DNA of 64,000 nucleotides from contig CAWIHT010000014.1 of the NCBI GenBank assembly GCA_963836085.1, positions 148,530 to 212,529 of the forward strand, read 5' to 3'. The notes below the pieces were generated by a model that did not search any database, was not told the DNA's origin, and saw nothing but the letters and a program-made list of their open reading frames with translations. The position numbers and the translations under genes were made by a program. Numbering within the stretch: position 1 is the stretch's first letter; each line of letters starts with the position of its first letter. Below are positions 19,060 to 28,524 of this stretch, in pieces. This DNA comes from an uncultured Actinomycetota bacterium. GTDB taxonomy: Bacteria; Actinomycetota; Acidimicrobiia; Spongiisociales; UBA5794.

Positions 19060-21009
19060 GTGAATTCCGCAGACACATCACTAGTGAGTCGCGTGTTCTC
19101 ACCCGCGAATGTCATCTCAGTCGCCTCTGGTGTCATCGTGTTCGTCCTCGGCCTCCTTGCTTGGAACACGAACCGAGGAGTTCTCTGGGCGGCCGTCGCG
19201 GCAGCCGTCGTCACGGGTGTGGTCTGGCTCATGTGGTGGAAGGTCGCCGGACCGACCGATCTCGAGCGACTCCTCGACTCACCGTGCCTTGGATCGATCC
19301 CCAACGATGATTCCGGTCCCGCGCCGACACTGACCGATACCTCATCACCGTCCAGCATTGCCTACCGGGACCTCCTCTCGGCAATCGAGAGCCAGACCAA
19401 CGGGCAGGTCCTCCTGGTCTCGTCTCCGGCGCCCGGCCAGGGGGCATCGACCGTGGCCCTCAACCTCGCCATCTCGGGGACTCAGCGGGGCAGGCGCATC
19501 GCCCTGATCGACGGCGACATCGACGGCAACGGCGTCTCACGCTTCTTGTCAACCGGCGCCGTGCCCGGACTCACCGATATTGCGGATGGCTCGGCGACGC
19601 TCGCTGACGCATCGCGACTATGGACGATTGGCCCTGACTCGGCGTTGCCGATCGTGCCCTCCGGATCGTCCAGCGATCCCTCCGAGGTTGCGCTCTCGGG
19701 GTTGGGCCTTGCCGAGTCGATCGATCAGATCGCCGAGCGTGCCGATGCGGTCCTCATCGACGCTCCCCCGATTGCCTGGGACGGGGCGGCGTCATCCATC
19801 GCCGCGCATGTCGACGGCACCGTCCTCGTGACGACCGACGCCGCTACAGGTTCGAGTGTTGCCGACGCCCGTGACCGACTCGCCGAAGCCGGAGCACCGG
19901 TGATCGGCTACGTCGTGAATCGCTCCGCGCCGACGTCGTTCTGGCGGCACCCGCTCGTCAGAATGTCGAAACGGATCGCCGGGACGTTTGTCGCGATCGC
20001 CTTGGTGTACTCGGCATTCACTGCCTCCCAGATCTACGGTTCCTGGTCGACGGTCGAACGCGAGACGCTCGCCACCGCCGAGGCGGGCGAGGCGCTCCCG
20101 TCGACATCGCTCCCGCCGGTCTCCGACGTGGTTGAGGACGAGGACCCCGAGGTGAAGCCCATCGAAGAGGTCGTGGTCGCAGCGCCCACGATCGAGGGTG
20201 CCTACCGGTCCTTTCTGATCATCGGCAACGACACGGCTGCGGATCTCGCCGATGTCATCCTCCTGACGGTGCTCCCAGCGGACGATGACCTCGCTCCGTT
20301 CATGGTCTCGCTCCCGCGCGATCTCTACGTGCCGAATCGCTGCACGAACGGCTACGGACGGATCAACGCGACGTACCGCGAATGCGGAGAAGTCAACGCG
20401 CCGACCATGCTCTCGCTCGCGGTCGAAGATTTCACGGGAATCAAGATCGACAATTTCGCCATCTTCGATTTCGAGGGTTTCGAACAGATCATCGACGGAG
20501 TCGGCGGCGTTGAACTCTGTTCGGAGTATCCGTTGCGCGATGCGAAAGCCCACCTCGACTTCCCCGGGGGCTGCGTGAACGCCGACGGAGCCACCGCCCT
20601 CGCGTGGGTCCGGTCTCGACACACCCAGCAACAGGTCAACGGCAGCTGGAAGTCAGTCCCCGGCGCAGGAGATCTCCTGAGGAATCAGCACCAGCAAGAC
20701 GTACTCCTGTTGCTCGCCGAGAAGCTTCGGACGTTCGAATCGCCCACCGATCTGTCGAGCAAGATCGAAGAACTCTCGAATGCCTTCATCGTCGACGATG
20801 GGCTCGGCATCGCCGATACGTTGTCACTGGCCTGGAACGTCCGCGGAATCGACGTAGCCACTATCCAGCGCCTCGCTGTGCCGGTGAAGCTCGGTCGTAC
20901 CACGAAGGGCCAGTCGATCCTCAGGCCCACGCAACCGTTCGACGAGGTCCTCCTCGAGTTCTACCCGACACTCCTTGCAGGCGAAGCAACGGCGGGTCCA
21001 GCCTCCTAG
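19060..21009 (+). CDS. Fusion protein: two N-terminal TMs, then a cytoplasmic CpsD/BY-kinase-like P-loop domain with degenerate Walker A, one TM, and an extracytoplasmic LytR-CpsA-Psr (LCP) domain
   Basis: VLLVSSPAPGQGASTVALNLA resembles the BY-kinase Walker A but Lys is replaced by Ala. Walker A' LIDGDIDGNG and Walker B VLIDAPPI are present. TM IAGTFVAIALVYSAFTASQIY. LCP motifs FLIIGNDT...PRDLYVPNR...GYGRINATYRECG...FDFEGFEQIIDGVGGVEL. Confidence 0.7.
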   Translation: MNSADTSLVSRVFSPANVISVASGVIVFVLGLLAWNTNRGVLWAAVAAAVVTGVVWLMWWKVAGPTDLERLLDSPCLGSIPNDDSGPAPTLTDTSSPSSIAYRDLLSAIESQTNGQVLLVSSPAPGQGASTVALNLAISGTQRGRRIALIDGDIDGNGVSRFLSTGAVPGLTDIADGSATLADASRLWTIGPDSALPIVPSGSSSDPSEVALSGLGLAESIDQIAERADAVLIDAPPIAWDGAASSIAAHVDGTVLVTTDAATGSSVADARDRLAEAGAPVIGYVVNRSAPTSFWRHPLVRMSKRIAGTFVAIALVYSAFTASQIYGSWSTVERETLATAEAGEALPSTSLPPVSDVVEDEDPEVKPIEEVVVAAPTIEGAYRSFLIIGNDTAADLADVILLTVLPADDDLAPFMVSLPRDLYVPNRCTNGYGRINATYRECGEVNAPTMLSLAVEDFTGIKIDNFAIFDFEGFEQIIDGVGGVELCSEYPLRDAKAHLDFPGGCVNADGATALAWVRSRHTQQQVNGSWKSVPGAGDLLRNQHQQDVLLLLAEKLRTFESPTDLSSKIEELSNAFIVDDGLGIADTLSLAWNVRGIDVATIQRLAVPVKLGRTTKGQSILRPTQPFDEVLLEFYPTLLAGEATAGPAS

Positions 21010-21349
21010 CGAGCGGGTCGTCGTCCGTTGACACCGGACCGTCTTCTCTCCGATGATCCCGCCACCAGAGGAACGACAGGGCGACCCCAAGTCGCACAAT
21101 CGGTGGGAGGATCGTCAGACTGCTGCAGAACACCGTCCGGGCCACGATCTCAAGGACGATGAGCGGTGAGGGGCCAACAGCAACGACATCCGGCGGCAGC
21201 GCGTCGTCGAGCATCGACGCCAGCCATCCGAAGAGATCAACCGGCGGGGTAAGTGCCTCCGATACACCGGCGTTCACGCCGAACATCGGGTCCGTTGGCG
21301 GCATCGCTACCCCACCCGGATCATCGGAGGCTATCGGCGGACCTCCGCC

Positions 21350-21766
21350 GTGTCCCGAGTCGGGATCCGTGGCATCCCCGTCAACGTTCGCGTGGCGGAC
21401 GCAACCATCCGAGCGGACCGGGCGGGGTTGCGCCAACTCGTTCTCAACCTGGTTTCCAACGCGGCCAGGCACGGAGGCGAGGAGGTTTCCGTTGAGGTGA
21501 TCATGCGTGAGGGCGTTGCGTCGATTCACGTGATCGACAACGGCCCGGGACTACCGGAAGATGTGGAGCCTTATCTCTTCAATCAGTACCAGCACGGTGA
21601 CGGCCGAGCCCTTCTGAGCGGGAGCGTCGGCCTCGGCACTGCGGTGGCAGCCGCTTGCGCGGAGTCGTTCGGCGGTTCAATCGAGTACCACCGAGTCAGC
21701 GATCGTACGGTGTTCGAGGTCCGCCTTCCTGCGGTGATTCCCGAGAGTGAGCCAGCACTCGCGTAG
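21350..21766 (+). pseudogene. Histidine kinase C-terminal HATPase_c fragment (no HisKA or sensor domain upstream)
   Basis: LRQLVLNLVSNAARHGG (N box), DNGPGLP (G1) and GSVGLGTAV (G2). No H-box domain in any frame between 21010 and 21350. Confidence 0.5.
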
Positions 21767-21822
21767 CCGTCGCTTCCCCAAAACCTCCGGTTGACTCACG
21801 GGATCGCGTCGGCTGCCATAGA

Positions 21823-22752
21823 ATGGGCGCCAATCGCTTGGAGGATCGAAACGAAGTGAGTGACCCACAGGACCCCTACGGCAATCCGCCGGGATGGACC
21901 GACCCCTACGCCGACCTGACCGACATCTCAGGCAGCGACCCGATTCCTCCGCTCGAGGACCCCACGGTCCCGCCGGCCACGCCTCCTGGTTCGCCGCTGT
22001 TGACCGGCCTCGTCGTCGGACTCTTGCTGGTCGCGCTCTCGGTCGCTGTGTTCCAACTCCTCAAGTCTGATGACACGACCGCAGCGGGTGAAACGACAAC
22101 GACCACGGTTGCCGGCGAAAGCTCGGACACCACCGTCCCCGCCGACGGCTCGACCACGACGACCACCGTTGCAACCTCCACACCGCCGTCCGATCCGTAC
22201 CCACCGGTCGGAACGCCGATCGAGGTCGACAAGCTGAAGCTGAAGAGCGATCGAGTTGGTGTCCAGATCAACGACGTTCCGGATCTGGCGTTCGGCGACT
22301 CGGCCGACATCTCCATCGGTCGGCTGGCTTCGAGCTTCGGCGAGGCCGACGAAGACACCGGCTGGCAGGTCTCCATAGGGCAGTGGGGTGTATGCACCGG
22401 TGAGCTCGAGCGGATCGTCCGCTTCGGCCCGTTCGCTGCGATCGTGACAACCGACGGCTCCTCCGAAGTCTTCAACGGATATCGCCAGGATCTCAGCTAC
22501 GGCAACCTCGACTCCGATGCCACCGAACTCACAACGCTGAGCGGACTGAAGGCCGGAGACACGGTTGAACAACTCCAGCAGATCTACCGGTCGGAGGATG
22601 TACAGTTCTCGACGGATCCGGATCTCGGGGACATCTTCGAGTTGCGCGGGTCCGAGTCCGGTGATCTGCTCCTGTGGGGTCCGGTCGGCGGAATCGAACC
22701 GGATTCGCGGGTGGTCGGTATCTACGCACCAGACGTGTGTGGCCGAAGCTGA
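21823..22752 (+). CDS. Membrane-anchored protein with poly-Thr linker; paralogue of 17907-19007 without the zinc ribbon (start may be GTG at 21856)
   Basis: TM LLTGLVVGLLLVALSVAVF, T-rich linker, C-terminus ...LLLWGPVGGIEPDSRVVGIYAPDVCGRS alignable to the other copy. Confidence 0.6.
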   Translation: MGANRLEDRNEVSDPQDPYGNPPGWTDPYADLTDISGSDPIPPLEDPTVPPATPPGSPLLTGLVVGLLLVALSVAVFQLLKSDDTTAAGETTTTTVAGESSDTTVPADGSTTTTTVATSTPPSDPYPPVGTPIEVDKLKLKSDRVGVQINDVPDLAFGDSADISIGRLASSFGEADEDTGWQVSIGQWGVCTGELERIVRFGPFAAIVTTDGSSEVFNGYRQDLSYGNLDSDATELTTLSGLKAGDTVEQLQQIYRSEDVQFSTDPDLGDIFELRGSESGDLLLWGPVGGIEPDSRVVGIYAPDVCGRS

Positions 22753-22794
22753 ACCGGCCGACCTTGGCGATGTCCAGCCGCTAGCATCGCCGTC

Positions 22795-23517
22795 GTGACG
22801 ACGCGCAACCCTGCTGTCCCGTACTTTGTCGGCTCCGTCGCCGGCTTCTCCATCGCCATCGCGCTGCTCGCGGTGGTCGTGGGAGCGACCTCCATCACAA
22901 GGGTGTCGATCGGCTCTGCCGCCACCGGAAGTGCGCTGCCCGAGTTGAGCGCCACCGGGTCGATCATCGGTCTTCTGGTCTTCCTCGCCGGCGCGATCGG
23001 CGGCCTCCTCGTCAGCGCAGCCACCTACGCCGTTGGCCGAGCTCAGGATCCGGACACACCGCGCTTCTCTTTCCCGGTGGTCGCCCCGGTCGGGGTCCTG
23101 CTCCCGGCCGCCGTCTCATTCGCCGTCGTGAGCCTCGGTTTGTCGGCATTCGGAACCTCGCTCAATGGCCTCGTCGCCGTCCCAGTAACCGAGTTCGTGG
23201 TCGTCGCGGCTATTGCGGGCTTGGTCGCCGGCGCGGTCACGGTGCCGATCGTCGATGGCCTCTCCCGACAGTCCTCGATCGGCGATGCCAATGAGGCAAC
23301 GCCATCATCCAGCGAAGCGTTCTGGTCGGACTTCGGTCGCGCAATCGGGATTCCAGCGGTGGCGATCGCCGTCGGAGCTCTGCTCGCGATCGGTCTCGCC
23401 CAACTGCTGCTGAACGCCGACTCCACCACCGTGGTCGTCGCGGTGTTCTCCGTCGTAGGCGCCCTCATCCTGGGTGGAACGACACTGTTGGCGCTCAGGC
23501 CGTGGGATAAGGACTAG
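22795..23517 (+). CDS. Hypothetical polytopic membrane protein (about 6 TMs)
   Basis: Highly hydrophobic ORF. No recognisable family. Confidence 0.5.
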   Translation: MTTRNPAVPYFVGSVAGFSIAIALLAVVVGATSITRVSIGSAATGSALPELSATGSIIGLLVFLAGAIGGLLVSAATYAVGRAQDPDTPRFSFPVVAPVGVLLPAAVSFAVVSLGLSAFGTSLNGLVAVPVTEFVVVAAIAGLVAGAVTVPIVDGLSRQSSIGDANEATPSSSEAFWSDFGRAIGIPAVAIAVGALLAIGLAQLLLNADSTTVVVAVFSVVGALILGGTTLLALRPWDKD

Positions 23518-23670
23518 TCCCCAGTCACCAGACAGCTACCAGCTCTCGTCTCCGCGTGCGGGTCGTCGCCGTCGCGGTTGTTGTGACTGTGAACTCCCGC
23601 CGGGCAAGCCCAGGAGACACCTGGCCGCGCCTTCGGGCCGGGGACTGGCACCTGGCGATCGGCGACTCCC

Positions 23671-24495
23671 CTACTTCGCTGCCGCGCCCGCGCTCGCTCT
23701 CGGCACCACGATCGGGCCCGTCTCGTGTTTCTGCTCTTCGTCGTACCACGAGAAGAACACCCATGCGATGGCGACCCAGAGCACCAGGCCACCGCCGATC
23801 TTCATGATGAGGCCGGCGATGATCTGGTCGGTCATCACGTCGATGCCCCAGAGCCTCGGGAACGTGGTGTAGATCTCGTAGAGCGGGGTCTCGCCGAGGG
23901 TCATGAACGATGCCGGGATGGTCGGAACCAGCGACTGGAGGAAGAGATACCCCATCTTGCCGAACGGGGCGAGCGTCTTCGTCTCCGGGATCGGATCCAT
24001 CACCGGCCACCACATCAGGACCGCCGAGATGAACAGCACGAGATGGGCAAAGAAGTGGAAGAAGTCGTTCGTCAGCATCAACTCGACCACCGAGGGGACG
24101 TGGATGAACGCAAGCCACACATTGAAGAACACCAGCGTGAACATCGGTCGAGTGATCACCTTCAACAGCGGGATGAATGGCTCGACGAGTGCGTGCATCA
24201 GCCAACCTGGCATGCCCCCGAGCAACAGCGGCGGTACGACCAGGGTGATCAGCATGTGCTCGGTCATGTGGAACAGGTAGAGGCGCTGTTCGCCGATGTC
24301 GTGCAGTGGCCAGGTCGAACTGATGAGGAGGAAGATGACCCCCGCGTAGTACATCACCCGCTGAGCCGTGGTGACCGGCGGCTTCCCTGGAGGGGCGTAT
24401 CGCCCGGCGAGCCTGCGGATCCCAAACTCGTAGATGAAGATCAGAGCAATGGCGACCCCGTACACGTCGAGGTGCGGGTGGAACGTGATGTCCAT
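23671..24495 (-). CDS. ctaG: Cytochrome c oxidase caa3-type assembly factor CtaG
   Basis: Polytopic protein with Caa3_CtaG-like sequence (HMTEHMLITLVVPPLLL). Last gene of the cta operon. Confidence 0.65.
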   Translation of the reverse strand: MDITFHPHLDVYGVAIALIFIYEFGIRRLAGRYAPPGKPPVTTAQRVMYYAGVIFLLISSTWPLHDIGEQRLYLFHMTEHMLITLVVPPLLLGGMPGWLMHALVEPFIPLLKVITRPMFTLVFFNVWLAFIHVPSVVELMLTNDFFHFFAHLVLFISAVLMWWPVMDPIPETKTLAPFGKMGYLFLQSLVPTIPASFMTLGETPLYEIYTTFPRLWGIDVMTDQIIAGLIMKIGGGLVLWVAIAWVFFSWYDEEQKHETGPIVVPRASAGAAAK

Positions 24496-24498
24496 GGG

Positions 24499-24786
24499 TC
24501 AGAGTGCCCGGAACACCGAGAGCATGACAATGAACAGGAGGATCGCTACGACCACAGCAATCCCGAACACGTAGCGGTATCCCTTGAGGTCGTACTTGAG
24601 GTGCATGAACACCGCGACGACCGTCACGAACTTTGCGGCGCCGAAGGCGATCAAGAGTGGGGCACGCACCGGGTCGAGGAACTCGACATACGGGATCGCA
24701 ATCTCGATTGCGGTCGCGACCGCGAGCGCTGCGGCTATCAACCAGTAGGTCTTCGGCGTCGGATGGGCGTGGGATGCGGTTGCCAT
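24499..24786 (-). CDS. ctaF: Cytochrome c oxidase subunit IV (prokaryotic CoxIV/CtaF)
   Basis: 95-aa, 3-TM protein tightly coupled downstream of ctaE. Confidence 0.65.
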   Translation of the reverse strand: MATASHAHPTPKTYWLIAAALAVATAIEIAIPYVEFLDPVRAPLLIAFGAAKFVTVVAVFMHLKYDLKGYRYVFGIAVVVAILLFIVMLSVFRAL

Positions 24787-24788
24787 GG

Positions 24789-25406
24789 TCAGATCTGCAG
24801 CAGGTAGACGATGGTGAAGATAACAATCCAGACGATGTCCACGAAGTGCCAGTACAGCGCTACCAGTTCGACGTTCATCCCGTGATCGGGTGACAGCCGG
24901 CTGCGGAGCGAGAACGCGACCAGCATGGCGATCATCAGCACACCACCGGCAACGTGGAGGCCGTGGAAGCCGGTCAGCATGTAGAACGACGATCCGAACG
25001 GGCTGGTACTGATCGTCAGCCCCTCATGCACGAACTCGGTGAACTCGAAGATCTGGCCGGCGAGGAACGCGAGACCGAGGAGCGCCGTTCCGACGAGCCA
25101 GATCCGCCCCTGCCGCTGATCGGACTTCTGGAACGCATTGTCCGCAAGCACCATCGTCAACGAACTCATCAGCAGGACGAACGAGGTGGCCGAGGTGAAC
25201 GGGATGTTGAAGATCTCAGCGCCCGGTCCTCCATTGGTGGTGTGCCGGTAGAGGAGGAACGTGGCGATCATCGCCCCAAAGAAGAAGACCTCAGACCCGA
25301 GGAACACCCACATCGCGGTCTTGCGTGTGCGGTGGATCGGATCGCCGTCTGCCTCGAAGTCGCTCTGACCGTCAACCTCGAAGACGCCATCGGTGGCCGT
25401 TGCCAT
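24789..25406 (-). CDS. ctaE: Cytochrome c oxidase subunit III
   Basis: COX3 family sequence. Start overlaps the ctaD stop. Confidence 0.85.
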   Translation of the reverse strand: MATATDGVFEVDGQSDFEADGDPIHRTRKTAMWVFLGSEVFFFGAMIATFLLYRHTTNGGPGAEIFNIPFTSATSFVLLMSSLTMVLADNAFQKSDQRQGRIWLVGTALLGLAFLAGQIFEFTEFVHEGLTISTSPFGSSFYMLTGFHGLHVAGGVLMIAMLVAFSLRSRLSPDHGMNVELVALYWHFVDIVWIVIFTIVYLLQI

Positions 25407-27286
25407 CAGTGCGCCTCCCTCGTAGCCGGTTCAGCGGCCCAACCAACGAGACCCCACAGCGTCACGACCGCGCCGACCGCGAGGACTCCGAACCCGATCG
25501 GGCCCGACGAAATGAACACGAGCCCGGCACCCAGGGTCGCGATTCCGGCGGAGGCAACGATCGGGTAGAACGACGGCGATGGCATGTGGATCCCGTGCTC
25601 TTCGACCACCACGTCCGGCTTGCCGGCCTGTTCCGGAGTGAGCTTGACCGAGCGGCCCTCTTCGTCAACACCGTACTTGCGGTACCAGAAGTCGTCCAGG
25701 TGGTGCACCACCTGGATCTCTTCGAAGTTGTAGACCGGCGGCGGTGAGGTCGTCGTCCATTCGAGGGTGCGGCCATCCCACGGGTCGTTGCCTGCCACTT
25801 TGCCGTTGCGGTAGCTGGCAATCAGGTTGTAGATGAAGAACAGGAATGACAGGGCGATCAGGAAGGCGCCGACCGTCGACATGAGATTCCAGACGTCCCA
25901 CCCCATCCCGTCGGCGTAGCGGTAGGTGCGGCGGGGCATGCCGTCGAGTCCGAGAATGTGCTGCGGAGCGAAGGTGAGGTTGAACCCGATGAACATGATC
26001 CAGAAGTTCCACTTCCCGATCGTCTCGCTCATCATCCGACCGGTCCACTTCGGGAACCAGTAGTACGCGCCAGCGACGTACCCGAACACGGCACCGCCGA
26101 AGAGCACGTAGTGGAAGTGCGCCACGACGTAGTAGCTGTCGTGTTGCTGCGTATTCGCAGGGACGACCGCGTGCGTGACACCGGAGATTCCCCCAATGAG
26201 GAACATCGCGATGAACCCGATGGTGAACAGCATCGGCGCGGAGAAGGTGAGACGTCCGCCCCACATGGTGCCGATCCAGTTGAAGATCTTCACACCCGTT
26301 GGTATCGCAATCAGCATGGTTGCAAGACCAAACCCTGCCTCGGCCACTGGGCCCATGCCGGCGGTGAACATGTGGTGAGCCCACACGCCGAAGCCGAGGA
26401 AGCCGATCGCGATCCCGGAGAACACGACGAACGAGTACCCGAACAGGGGCTTGCGGGAGAAGACCGGCAGGATCTCGGACACGATGCCGAACGCCGGCAG
26501 GATCAGCACGTAGACCTCAGGGTGCCCGAAGATCCAGAACAGATGTTGCCACAGCAGCGGATCGCCGGCCGCCTGCGCCTCGTAGAAGAGCCCGCCGAGG
26601 TTCCGGTCGATGAAGATCTGCCAGAGGCCGACGCCGATCACCGGGAGGCTGAAGATGAGCAGGAATGAGGACACGACGCTCATCCAAACAAAGACCGGCA
26701 TCCGCATGAGGGTCATCCCCGGGGCCCGCATCGTGAAGATGGTGGCGACGAAGTTGATCGATCCGGCAAGCGAAGCGAACCCGAGGAGCTGCGCCCCGAT
26801 CGAGTAGTAGTCCATCCGGACGTACTCCTGGATCTGCGTCGAGAGCGGGGCGTACCCAACCCATGCCCCGTCCGGCGAACCACCGAGGAAGAACGAAGAC
26901 GTCAAGAGAGCCACACTGAAGAGGAACAGCCAGAAGGCGAACGCGTTCAGCCGCGGGAAAGCGACGTCGCGCGCGCCGATCATCAGCGGGATGAAGTAGT
27001 TCTGGAAGGCAGCGGCGATCGGCATGATGACGGCGAACACCATCGTGAGCCCGTGCATCGTGAAGAGCTGGTTGTAGGCGTCCGCAGATACGAGCGTGCC
27101 GTTCGCGGTCGCCAGCTGCGTCCGGATCAGGAGTGCCTCGAGGCCGGCAACGATGAAGAAGACCAAAGACGAAACCGCATACATGATGCCGATCCGCTTG
27201 TGATCGACCGTCGTGATCCAACTCCACAGACCCTTCGTCGAGGGTGGTGTGTAGCCGAGGTCATCGGGGGTTGTGGTCAGCGCCAC
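25406..27286 (-). CDS. ctaD: Cytochrome c oxidase subunit I (with C-terminal extension)
   Basis: Unmistakable COX1 sequence (heme and CuB His ligands, GHPEVY). 626 aa. Confidence 0.9.
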   Translation of the reverse strand: MALTTTPDDLGYTPPSTKGLWSWITTVDHKRIGIMYAVSSLVFFIVAGLEALLIRTQLATANGTLVSADAYNQLFTMHGLTMVFAVIMPIAAAFQNYFIPLMIGARDVAFPRLNAFAFWLFLFSVALLTSSFFLGGSPDGAWVGYAPLSTQIQEYVRMDYYSIGAQLLGFASLAGSINFVATIFTMRAPGMTLMRMPVFVWMSVVSSFLLIFSLPVIGVGLWQIFIDRNLGGLFYEAQAAGDPLLWQHLFWIFGHPEVYVLILPAFGIVSEILPVFSRKPLFGYSFVVFSGIAIGFLGFGVWAHHMFTAGMGPVAEAGFGLATMLIAIPTGVKIFNWIGTMWGGRLTFSAPMLFTIGFIAMFLIGGISGVTHAVVPANTQQHDSYYVVAHFHYVLFGGAVFGYVAGAYYWFPKWTGRMMSETIGKWNFWIMFIGFNLTFAPQHILGLDGMPRRTYRYADGMGWDVWNLMSTVGAFLIALSFLFFIYNLIASYRNGKVAGNDPWDGRTLEWTTTSPPPVYNFEEIQVVHHLDDFWYRKYGVDEEGRSVKLTPEQAGKPDVVVEEHGIHMPSPSFYPIVASAGIATLGAGLVFISSGPIGFGVLAVGAVVTLWGLVGWAAEPATREAH

Positions 27287-27317
27287 GAGAGGTCTCCTTC
27301 AACGGTGGTGCAGGTGA

Positions 27318-28439
27318 TCACTTCCACGCCTCCAACAGAGCAACGAGTTCCTGTATCTGCTGCTCATCGAGCCCGTAGTCGGGCATGCCAAGGATCCGAC
27401 CGGCTTCGATGTCGTTCAACTCCGGCGTCATCGGTTTGATCGACGATGGGTCGTCGATCCAGGCGGCAAGGTGCTCTGCGGTGTTCTCTTCGAGCCCCGC
27501 AGCGATCGATGTGCGGCCTCCGAAGTGGGTGAGATCAGGGCCGAGAGCAGCGCCGACAACCTCTACCGTCCCGTCGCTCGCCGCCACCTTGGCCTGATGG
27601 CACGTCGTGCAGAACTGCGTGAAGGTCTCGTATCCGGCGGCTGCCTCTCCACTCGTCGGAATTGGAGCCGCCTCGAGTTGGCCGGCCGCCCACGCGTCGA
27701 AGTCAGCCTCGGAATCCACGAACACACGGAAGCGCATGTCGGCGTGTGCGAGCCCGCAGTACTCCGCACACTGACCGGGAACCATCTGCCCGGCGATGTC
27801 GGCGTCCGGCGTGATCTTCATGACGGTGTCCCGACCGGGAACGACATCGCGCTTCCCGGCGAGGCTTGGCACCCAGAAGCTGTGGATCACATCGACCGAT
27901 GTCATCGTCAGTTCGGACGTCTTGCCCGCGGGGATGTGCATTTCGTTTGCGGTCGTGAGCGGCCGCCCGTTCTCGTCAAGAATGTCCGGATACTGGAACT
28001 CCCACCACCACTGATGGCCGATCACGTCCACGCGCACGAAGTCACCTTCTGCCGCGCTTCGAAGGTCGAAAAGCGTGGTGAGGGTTGGAACAGCGATGAT
28101 CACAACGAGCACAACGGGGATGAGCGTCCAACCGATCTCCAGCTTGGTGTTCCCATGGATCTGCCTCGGTTCCTCCTCATTGCCCGGGCGCTTCCGGAAC
28201 CGGACAACGGCATAGGCCAGCGCCCCACCGACGACCACAAAGACAACGGTCCCGAGCACGAGGATGAAGTCCCAGAGCTGATCGATGGACTCGGCCTCGG
28301 TCGACCGCGGGTTCAGTGACGACTGGGGGAGGTTGCTCGAGCAGGACGCCAGCAGAAGCGCGCCGAACGCAACCGCAACCAGGGCGATTCGAAGCAGGAG
28401 GCGGCGGCGAGCGTCGTCGTTGCCAGCGGTTTTGTTCAC
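27318..28439 (-). CDS. ctaC: Cytochrome c oxidase subunit II with fused C-terminal cytochrome c domain (caa3-type)
   Basis: CuA motif CAEYCGLAHADM and heme-c motif CTTCH. Probable GTG start with lipoprotein signal RRRLLLRIALVAVAFGALLLASC, inside track ORF 28799. Confidence 0.85.
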   Translation of the reverse strand: MNKTAGNDDARRRLLLRIALVAVAFGALLLASCSSNLPQSSLNPRSTEAESIDQLWDFILVLGTVVFVVVGGALAYAVVRFRKRPGNEEEPRQIHGNTKLEIGWTLIPVVLVVIIAVPTLTTLFDLRSAAEGDFVRVDVIGHQWWWEFQYPDILDENGRPLTTANEMHIPAGKTSELTMTSVDVIHSFWVPSLAGKRDVVPGRDTVMKITPDADIAGQMVPGQCAEYCGLAHADMRFRVFVDSEADFDAWAAGQLEAAPIPTSGEAAAGYETFTQFCTTCHQAKVAASDGTVEVVGAALGPDLTHFGGRTSIAAGLEENTAEHLAAWIDDPSSIKPMTPELNDIEAGRILGMPDYGLDEQQIQELVALLEAWK

Positions 28440-28524
28440 GTAGTTCCCCAGGACGGCGACCGAAGTGGGCGGGATAGTAAGCGACGAAATTGTTTGCTGC
28501 AACGAGCTTTCTCGGAAATTGGAG

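Noticed and set aside
23525-24826. 433-aa minus-frame ORF and 360-aa plus-frame ORF overlapping ctaG/ctaF
   Set aside because: They run antisense or out of frame to well-supported cta genes, have Arg/His/Pro-rich composition and no family resemblance.
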